Shown: positions 54,500-64,000 of the stretch, one piece after another | Layout of the letters: every line of letters begins with the position of its first letter | Position numbering within the stretch: position 1 is the first letter of the stretch | NCBI GenBank assembly: GCA_002269645.1 | Contig: NIVC01002002.1 | Coordinates: 150,212 to 214,211 of the forward strand | DNA from: Macrostomum lignano | Lineage: Eukaryota | DNA: 64,000 nt | Direction of reading: 5' to 3' | The notes under the pieces: model-generated | What the model was told of the DNA's origin: nothing | Databases searched by the model: none | The model's input: the letters and a program-made list of their open reading frames with translations, nothing else | Translations under genes and position numbers: made by a program

Positions 54500-55680
54500 G
54501 CGTCATGTCAAACATAAAAGAAGTGACATGTCAACCATAAAAGAAGTGCCATGTCAACCATAAAAGAAGTGACATGTGAAACATAAAAGAAGTGACATGT
54601 CAAACATAAAAGATGTGCCATGTCAAACATAAAAGAAGTGTCATGTCAAACATAAAAGAAGTGTCATGTCAAACATAAAAGAAGTGTCATGTCAACCATA
54701 AAAGAAGTGTCATGTCAACCATAAAAGAAGTGTCATGTCAAACATAAAAGAAGTGCCATGTGAAACATAAAAGAAGTGCCATGTCAACCATAAAAGAAGT
54801 GTCATGTCAACCATAAAAGATGTGTCATGTCAACCATAAAAGAAGTGTCATGTCAACCATAAAAGAAGTGTCATGTCAAACATAAAAGAAGTGTCATGTC
54901 AACCATAAAAGAAGTGTCATGTCAAACATAAAAGAAGTGTCATGTCAAACATAAAAGAAGTGTCATGTCAAACATAAAAGAAGTGTCATGTCAAACATAA
55001 AAGAAGTGTCATGTCAAACATAAAAAGTGTCATGTCAAACATAAAAGAAGTGCCATGTGAACCATAAAAAGTGTCATGTCAAACATAAAAGAAGTGCCAT
55101 GTGAACCATAAAAAGTGTCATGTCAAACATAAAAGAAGTGTCATGTCAAACATAAAAGAAGTGTCATGTCAAACATAAAAAGTGTCATGTCAAACATAAA
55201 AGAAGTGTCATGTCAAACATAAAAGAAGTGCCATGTGAACCATAAAAAGTGTCATGTCAAACATAAAAGAAGTGTCATGTCAAACATAAAAAGTGTCATG
55301 TCAAACATAAAAGAAGTGCCATGTGAACCATAAAAAGTGTCATGTCAAACATAAAAGAAGTGTCATGTCAAACATAAAAGAAGTGTCATGTCAAACATAA
55401 AAAGTGTCATGTCAAACATAAAAGAAGTGCCATGTGAACCATAAAAAGTGTCATGTCAAACATAAAAGAAGTGCCATGTGAACCATAAAAAGTGTCATGT
55501 CAAACATAAAAGAAGTGTCATGTCAAACATAAAAGAAGTGTCATGTCAAACATAAAAAGTGTCATGTCAAACATAAAAGAAGTGTCATGTCAAACATAAA
55601 AGAAGTGCCATGTGAACCATAAAAAGTGCCATGTCAAACATAAAAGATGCGTCATGTCAACCATAAAAAGTGTCATGTCT
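54500..55680. repeat. 23/21-bp AT-rich minisatellite (~50 copies) upstream of copy B
   Basis: Unit ataaaagaagtgtcatgtcaaac, with a 21-bp variant lacking ga. Confidence 0.93.
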
Positions 55681-56249
55681 GATACAATGCAGTAAATTTA
55701 GAATGCGCATTATGAGACCGTTCTTCCCGGTTCGAGAACCAAACCCGGTGCTACCTGCAGGTACTCAAAATATAATAGAGTGAGGAAATTTACGCATACA
55801 CATGACTGGATGAGCTAATTAGTCGTTTCTCTCTTCTAAACATTCCCCTCTTTCTGACAAAAGCAGCAATATCGCAGCGGTGACTAACAGAAAATTAAAT
55901 ACAGTAACAAGCTCAGCGCTCCACCAGCAAGAAAGACACAAAAAACACACAAGCAAAAATGCATAACGAAGCAGGATTCTTTTGTGTGAAAAAACAGACT
56001 GCTGTTGAACAACTGCCATATTCGAATAATTCATCTGTCGTCAAAGAGAAGCGTGACTGCAAAGCACTAAAAATAGCTGCGAGGAGCAAACAGATGCAAT
56101 CACAGCGAGAAACAATCGGACCGTTAAGAGGCGTTAACGGTGTTCCTTTTATCGGGGTTGGCTGTCTGGTATGTCGTTGGGCGCGAGGTAAAAAGTGCCT
56201 CTGCTCCGGCTGAATGCAACTCCTCATTGTCAGCATCCGCGTTGCCGAG

Positions 56250-56570
56250 GATCACTCAGTGCCTACACGGATCATTGCCTCCTGCGCTCCACCACTAAAC
56301 AGAGCACAGCTCTTTGAAGAGATCGTTTTGAAATTTCGAGCCAGCACTGATGGCATCATTCAAGCAGGCTCCATTGCAGTGCGTTGAAGCATCTTAGACT
56401 ATGCGCGACTTTGTGGTGTCGTAGCCGGCTCGAACCACTGCGAAGTGCGACAGGTACGAGCTACCTCCAACCCGCCACTGGCACAGTGCCTTCGACTTCT
56501 TCTATGTAGCCTTTAACCACATGTTCGTCAAGCACCTCCTGGTGCGCATTCGCCAGGCCTGGATCCTTTT
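56250..56570 (-). mobile_element. Degenerate BEL/Pao LTR-retrotransposon reverse-transcriptase fragment
   Basis: My translation gives EVLDEHVVKGYIEEV, then after a frameshift [46 protein letters not shown]. This matches the BEL/Pao YLPHH..TTKLRVVFDAS..SLND..GP.LQ.DL motif, with stops. Confidence 0.75.
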
Positions 56571-58334
56571 CCACAGCTCATTCCGATCCACGCTTGCAAG
56601 CACCGCTTAAGTATCAGTCCCTAGGCAGCTAAAACACAGTCACTTCTGTTTTACAGCTTCCCACCTGGCCTGAGGGTCCATTCTTAGACATTTCTGACAC
56701 CTCCATACTCCATGCTGCTCATTGCTCCTACACACAGCACCCTCCACTGCAAACCCCCTCCCACACAAAACCCTCCCATGTGCAAACCCCCCACAAACAC
56801 AACACCCTCCCACTCCCAACCCTACACACACATCACCCTCCCACTGCCAACACCACACACACAACACCCTCCCACTGCCAACACCACACACACAACACCC
56901 TCCCACTGACAACACCACACACACAGCACCCTCCCACTGCAAACCATCTCCCACTGCCAACTCCCTCCCACACAAAACCCTCCCATGTGCAAACCCCCCA
57001 CAAACACAACACCCTCCCACTGCCAACCCCACACGCACAACACCCTCCCACTGCCAACCCCACACGCACAACACCCTCGCAGGCCCAACCCACGCACCAC
57101 CCCTTTTCTCTTTCGACCATTTTAACAAGAACAAAGTCAAAACTCAAAATTGGCTAGGTTATATTTCTCAATAAGTGGCTCCAGCATCAGAGAGCGTCCA
57201 CAGGGATAAAGTTTTGCTTTCGTCGTTTTGCTACACTTTTTTCTTTGTCAAGAACAAGCCACGGGCAGTAGGGGGTAGGGAGGCTTTCGCCAAATTCAGT
57301 GGCTTATTAATATTGGTAGCCTCTGGCTCAATCAAGTAGGCATGTTCTGATCAATCAGAAAATCCGGTTCGGAATTGAAACCTCCAAGAAGCGAGTTCGC
57401 AGGGAGTCACATTTCAAGAGACTCATTTCTAGCCGTGTTGACTCGCCCAGTCCCGTTGGGGTCATTGTTGCACACCGTCCTCAGCACCGTGTTGGCGTCG
57501 GCGACTCTGACGCGTCGGTCTTTGAGGATGGTCAGCACCTGGAATTCGATTTAGTCCGGATGTCCGATGGGGCTGCGAAGCGCCTGAGATTCGCAATATC
57601 TCGTAAGCTAAGCCTCCAGCCTAGACCTCATCAGAAAGTAATACAAATTTAGGTAAGTAGCGCTGGTAACTCGAAAACAAAATTGCTAACTTGCACTAAT
57701 TACCAAAACTTGCAGTCCGCTCTACAGCTCACACTCCATTCCAGCCCACACCTTAGCCCACACTCCATACCCCACACCCAAGCCAACACTCCAGCCCACA
57801 CTCCAGCCCACACCCCAACCAACACTCCAGCCCACACCTCATCCCACACCCCACACCCCAGCCCACACTCCAGCACACATCCCAACCCACACCCTAACCC
57901 ACACCCCACACCACACCCCACACCCCACACCCTGACCACCGACCTTCCCGCCAAACACCAGCAGCACGGTGGTGGCTGAGCAGATGTTGATGCAGCAGGT
58001 CAGCAGCACGAGTCGCAGGTCCACCGAGCCGATGGGCAGCGCAAACTCCAGCACCACGCCGATCAGCCCCATCACGGTGGTGTTGTACACGCAGATTCCG
58101 ATCACCTTCGAGTCGTTCAGCGCTTCCACGTGAATTGTGCGAGTCTCCCAGGCAAAGAAGATTCCGAACAGAAGGAACACCGCCTTCATGCCGATGATGA
58201 GGCCCTTCCACAGCACCTCGCTGCTGGACTGACACACGACCAGCTTGTGCAGAACCACAGCTCCGTCAGAGATCATGTCCTGCATTGGCATGGCACTGCA
58301 TGTCAGTGGAATGTCAGTGCAATGTCAGAAATCA

Positions 58335-58997
58335 CACTGCACAAACTGTCACCTGCTCAGACAGTCTCTTGTGAATGCAGAGTACAGAATCACTGCACAC
58401 CCTGTTACCTGCTCAGACAGTCTCTTGTGAGTGCAGAGTACAGAATCACACTGCACACCCTGTCACCTGCTCAGACAGTCTCTTGTGAATGCAGAGTACA
58501 GAATCACTGCACACCCTGTTACCTGCACAGACAGTCTCTTGTGAATGCAGAGTACAGAATCACAGCACACCCTGTTACCTGCTCAGACAGTCTCTTGTGA
58601 ATGCAGAGTACAGAATCACTGCACACCCTGTCACCTGCTCAGACAGTCTCTTGTGAGTGCAGAGTACAGAATCACACTGCACACCCTGTTACCTGCTCAG
58701 ACAGTCTCTTGTGAATGCAGAGTACAGAATCACTGCACACCCTGTCACCTGCTCAGACAGTCTCTTGTGAATGCAGAGTACAGAATCACACTGCACACCC
58801 TGTTACCTGCTCAGACAGTCTCTTGTGAATGCAGAGTACAGAATCACACTGCACACCCTGTTACCTGCTCAGACAGTCTCTTGTGAATGCAGAGTACAGA
58901 ATCACACTGCACACCCTGTTACCTGCTCAGACAGTCTCTTGTGAATGCAGAGTACAGAATCACTGCACACCCTGTTACCTGCTCAGACAGTCTCTTG
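58335..58997 (-). repeat. 56/58-bp donor-spanning minisatellite (~11 copies), intron 11 of copy C
   Basis: Same unit as in copies A and B. Confidence 0.95.
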
Positions 58998-60469
58998 ACA
59001 GCCAAGGCTGGTGAATCCAGGAGTCCGAGAGCCAGCAGCAGTCCAGCATCCATCAGCAGAATAGCGACAATCACCATGCAGAGGTGCCAGTCCTTGATGG
59101 TCTGAAATCCGGTAATGCGTGACCAGGCTGGCTCAAGGTCATTCAGGGGACTGACGATACACGAGCACTGCAGTGCAGATGGACTCACAGTCAGCCTCAT
59201 CTTGTTGGTGAAGATTCTGTGGACTCGCCACGTCTTGGCCAGAATTCCACCGAAGGCGCACGAGTAGCCAGTGATGAGGCAGAGCAGCTGGGACCAGCAC
59301 AATCCGAGCTGGCTTCCCATGTACGCGTTGAAGGTCATGATGAGGCAGGACGCGTGGCACAGGAGGCAGCCCAGTCCGATGATGGTGTTCACGATGGGGC
59401 TGCTGAGCCGGATGTAGGGCACCTTGCGGAACCACAGGTTCACCGCCATGGCGGCCAGGGTGAGGCAGGCGCCGCAGGCAGACAGGCCGCCAGAGACCAC
59501 GGCGCTGACGAGGCTGGCGTGGACGAGCTTTGAGAGGATTCTGGGAGAGTCGACTGGAGCTGAGCCGCCTGCGGGACGGGGTGGGAGATGCGCTGATGGG
59601 GCTCGGGAGACTGGGCTGATGGGGACTCGGGAGACTGGGCTGATGGGGTCTCGGAAGAGTGGGCTGATGGGTAACTCGGGAGACTGGGCTGATGGGGTCT
59701 CGGGAGACTGAGCTGTTGAGGGACTCTGGAGACTGGGCTGATGGGGGGAAATTCGAAAGGGTTAGGGTTAGGGATGGAGTGTTAATGGCCTAGCATTTGA
59801 ATGGCATACCCTCGAACCACAGTGGTTTGATCCAGCGACTGTCCCCTGTCTTCGGTTGATAAGTTGCAACCAAATCTCTTTTGAGACCTAGGGTGGGATG
59901 ACACTCGTTGGAAATGTTCGTGCGTATAATTGAAATTTTTAGAGTAAGACTAAATTCCATATCTTACCTCGGATTTGGTAAATAATAACGGTAGGTTCTC
60001 TGTCGCCCTTCGAATCAAAATTGACGGGACCCTGCAGTTGTTGCTTTATTCGTTGTTATGTATGTTTGTGATGCGGTTAAATGCTATAGTGATTTGCAAA
60101 GGTATAACAAAATACTCTTGTACACTATTGCAGTCTTGTACACTGTACCAGTCTTGTACACTGTACTAGTCTTGTACACTGTACTAGTCTTGTAAACTAT
60201 AGAAGTCTTGTACATTATAGCCTTCTTGTATACAACAGCAGTCTTGTACACTATAGCAGTCTTGTACACTTTATACACTTGAGAATTCTGGTACAACCTG
60301 GTGAAATTGTACCCCTGTTTAAAATGCGATTCATCATCATTCCAAGGAACGAATATTCTTGTTCTTTTCCTTAGGTATCCTTTAATTTCTACTCTTAGTA
60401 GTGGACTGGCGCAGAGAAGCATTTATCTTTATATTGTAGCGCCTTGTTTCCCACTGTCCTTGCGTAATA

Positions 60470-61213
60470 TAGCTTTTGCAGCCCATTTGGGCTTATGCGC
60501 ATTGAATTTAATCAAGATAGGTTTGTCAAAGTAATGGAGCTTTTGTCTATGGTAGCAAGGCTGGCACAGCGGCATTTAATTTGGCCCAACAAGCATCAAT
60601 TTGGTCCATTTAGTTCATTTGCAGCTCAGTCCCAGAATTGTGGACCATATGCTAGGCTGTTGAACGAATGTCATTGGCTTGTGATCGAAGCACTCGACGG
60701 AGGTGAACACCCAAAGGACATTGCAAGGTTGCTGAATGTAAAAGAAAAGGTGGTTTACAGCATCCAGCAGCGCGTTGAAACTCTGCCGGCAGAGATTGCC
60801 TGCGAAAGGGTGGCAATCGCCAAGGAAAGTTGCTCGAGAGCCTCAGGTCCAACTGCTACTCGATGCAGTTGAGACGAACCCTTTGTTGACATTTCAGAAA
60901 ATGCAGCAGAAGTTGAGGGAACAGCTCCAGTTGGTTATCAGATTTCGACTATCAGCAGAGCTCTGGAAAAGCGACTGAAAATTTTGTTAGAGACGCTGAC
61001 ATTCCAGCGGTGCGCAACAACCTGCAGACGGTTGAGAGAAGGCAAGAGTTTGTCCAATGGTCACGAGTGTTTGGACCAAATTGATGCTTTTTGGACCAAA
61101 TTAAATGCTGCTGCGCCAGCCTTGCTACCATAGACAAAAGCTCTGTTACATTGGCAAACGTATCTTGGATTAATTAAAAATGCGCGTAGGCCCAAATGGG
61201 CTGCAAAATGCTA
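60470..61213 (+). mobile_element. Internally deleted Tc1/IS630-like element in intron 7 of copy C
   Basis: ~140-bp imperfect TIRs (tagcttttgcagcccatttggg.. / ..cccaaatgggctgcaaaatgcta) flanked by TA. Internal broken HTH-like frames VIEALDGGEHPKDIARLLNVKEKVVYSIQQR and LLDAVETNPLLT..ISTISRAL. No DDE domain. Confidence 0.8.
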
Positions 61214-64000
61214 TATATAATAACTTTCTTTTGATTGCCCACAAGCTAGGTTGTCTATGACCCAAACTCCAACTTTCGGTTTCAGCCCCAAACCAACTGT
61301 ACTTTATTTTTATTAAATAGACGCGATCGCCACCCAGCCGAGGTTTAACCTTTCGCTCAACTTAATCAATCATCTTCATCTTTTGGTAGCCAGCGCTACA
61401 ATATTTAACTTCTCGAATAGCGCGTGCTTTCTGACATCTGAGCATGAGACGCAGGCGTATTTCAATTAACTTCGCATTAACGCCTCCGCTTCCCGCCCCT
61501 GCTAACTGACTACTGAAGGCAATTTCAAACAAATTTCGCCTGGGCCTGGTGGGCGGATGCGGGCTGCCCACCGATGGCCATCCACTTGTCGTCAAGCGGA
61601 TTCACCAGATGTGGGGTGCTGTTTTCCGTTAAAATATGATAACACACAATTCTGGTTGATTATTGACTGCGAAGTTGTTTAAATCCTTTTTCGGATTTTC
61701 GGATCTCGCAATGAGATTTCAGTCTGCTAGCATGGAACCGCGAGACAAGCAACTCACGGAAAGTCCATGAAAGTCCAGGCTGCGAACGTTCTCGAAGATT
61801 TTCTCTTTGAAACTCGAGCATTCGAGGTCGGCAGGCTCGGCAGTGTAATTCTCGCCCTGCTCCAGGGTGGCGTTGATGGCCAGGGCGGCCGCCGTCACCG
61901 CGTCGAAACGCGTGTCGAAGCCGTTGATGCCGTATTGCTGGGGGTTTGCGGTCCAGCTGCCGAACTGGCTGAGGAAGTCCTCGTAGGTCTCGTCTCTTGT
62001 CTGAAATTGTGCGGCCTGCCCTCTGAAGAACTCGCTTGAGATGTCACGACAGTCAGAGATGTCCCGATATATCTTGACATCGTGACATCTCTGACATCGG
62101 GACATCTTGACATCGTGACATCTTGACATCGTGACATCTTGACATCGTGACATCTGACATCGGGACATCTTGACATCGGACGTCTTGACATCGTGACGTC
62201 TTGACATCGTTGACGTCTTGACATCGTTGACGTCTTGACATCGGGACATCTCTGACATCGGGACATCTTGACATCGTGACGTCTTGACATCGTGACGTCT
62301 TGACATCGTGACATCTCTGACATCGGGAAATCTTGACATCGGGACATCTTGACATCGGGACGTCTTGACATCGTTGACGTCTTGACATCGTTGACATCTC
62401 TGACATCGGGACATCTTGACATCGGACATCTTGACATCGGGACATCTTGACATCGGGACGTCTTGACATCGTGACGTCTTGACATCGTTGACGTCTTGAC
62501 ATCGTTGACGTCTTGACATCGGGACATCTCTGACATCGTGACATCTTGACATCGTGACATCTTGACATCGTGACTCTTGACATCGTTGACGTCTTGACAT
62601 CGTTGACGTCTTGACATCGGGACATTTTGGTATCTGCCATCGGGACATCTTGATTCCTAGCATATTTACATCCTAAGAACATCTTGACAATGGCATTCTG
62701 GCTTAAAAAACATCCTGACTTAAAGACATCCTGACATAAATAGCATCATTACATATCAACATCCTGGCCACATTAGCACCCTTACATCTTAAACATAATG
62801 TCATATTAGCATCTTGACTTTGTAGCATGACATCCTGACATCCTGGCGTCCGATATTACAATACTGATATGAAATTACGATATATTGCAGCCTAGCGGAC
62901 ATACTGATATCCTGACATTTTTGACAACATATCGGCACTATGCTTGACTCTCAAACATTCCTGGTTCTCAGAGCACCATGACGTCCTGACAGTATGACAA
63001 CTTGAAGCTTTGAAATTTCGACATGTCGAAGTTCTGACATTCAGACATCGCAATTCTTACTCGACCCGTCAGTCCAGCGGGGTTCCTCCTCCCCGGATCC
63101 TCTGGTCATTGTCCAGCACTATGGAACCCTCCATGGCCACGGCTCGCTCGGAATCAGGCAGCTTCCATTATGATTGAGCTGCGTGGTTGCCGGAAGCCCC
63201 ATCTGAATCCACTGGTACTTGGGTCCGTTACGCTCCCAGCGCTTGATCTGTGTTTGTTAGCGCTTTTTGTTAGACTCGTGTTAAACTGTTACTGATCTCA
63301 AGATTCGGAGGTGGGTGGATTCGGGTCTGGGAGATTGAGGTCTGAGAGATTCGAGTGTGGGAGATTCGGGGGTGGGAGATTCGGTGTGGGAGATTCGGGT
63401 GTGGGAGATTCGGGTGTGGAGATTCGGGTGTGGAAGATTCGGGTCTGAGATTCGGGTGTGGGAGATTCGGGTGTGGGAGATTCGGTGTGGGTGGATTCGG
63501 GTGTGGTGGATTAGGAGTGGTGGATACGGTGTGGGAGATTCGGGTGTGGGTGATTCGGGTGTGGGTGGATTAGGGAGTGGGTGATTCGGTTGTGGGAGAT
63601 TCGGTGTGGGTGGATTCGGGTGTGGGTGGATTCGAGTGTGGGTGGATTTCGGTGTGGGTGGATTAGGGTGTGGGTGGATTCGGGTGTGGGTGGATTCGGG
63701 TGTGGGTGGATTCGGTGTGGGTGGATCGGTGTGGGTGGATTCGGGTGTGGGTGGGATTCGGGTTGGTTGGATTTGGGTGTGGGTGGATTCGGGTGTGGGT
63801 GGATTCAGGTGTGGTTGGATTTGGTGTGGTTGGATTTGGGTGTGGGTGGATTCGGTGTGGGTGGATTCGGGTGTGGTTGGATTTGGGTGTGGGTGGATTC
63901 GGTGCCCTACCACGCAGTCCAGCCGCTTATCTGACTGTTCAAGCGGCGATCGAGCGAACAGCGATGAAGATTCGAATGTCCTTTTGCTGCAAATCATAAT

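Larger units (their letters stand above)
57407..63986 (-). pseudogene. GABA-B-like class C GPCR, copy C, exons 5-13 only (5' part outside the window); indels in exons 5-6
   Basis: Exons 63986-63911 (76 nt vs 75), 63247-63061 (187 vs 189), 62000-61758, 60031-59968, 59887-59810, 59568-59189, 59101-58979, 58279-57944 and 57538-57407. Exons 7-13 are intact. The frameshifts may be real or consensus errors. Confidence 0.7.

Noticed and set aside
59759-59773. GGGTTAGGGTTAGGG telomere-like motif
   Set aside because: Only about 2.5 units, absent from the paralogous introns, and too short to call an interstitial telomere.

Overview
Eukaryotic (metazoan) genomic DNA with GT-AG introns, GC-rich exons and an extreme density of intronic minisatellites. 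The style resembles the flatworm Macrostomum, but that is an inference I cannot verify. Contents, left to right: (1) a complete 6-exon type I PKA regulatory subunit gene (minus, 508-7109, 382 aa) with a foldback/Mutator-like element in intron 1; (2) a hAT-Charlie-like relic whose left end has expanded into a 48-bp minisatellite; (3) three intronless plus-strand genes: a C3HC4 RING protein with an N-terminal xxNxVxG heptad repeat, RNA polymerase II subunit RPB11, and an orphan type I membrane protein; (4) a full-length P-element/THAP9-type transposon (24351-27912, 32-bp TIRs, perfect 8-bp TSD); (5) three tandem minus-strand GABA-B-like class C GPCR genes (A 31445-39595, B 42994-54121, C 57407 to beyond 64000), interleaved with nested palindromic MITEs, a Tc1-like relic and a BEL/Pao fragment. 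The most unusual observations are: GPCR introns built almost entirely from tandem copies of their own exon/intron junction (tens of CAG|GT units); the heptad-repeat plus RING fusion; and a mosaic of near-identical 7TM exons with divergent ligand-binding exons across the GPCR paralogs. No rRNA, tRNA or CRISPR array is supported. All exon coordinates, counts and identities were worked out by hand and should be confirmed computationally.
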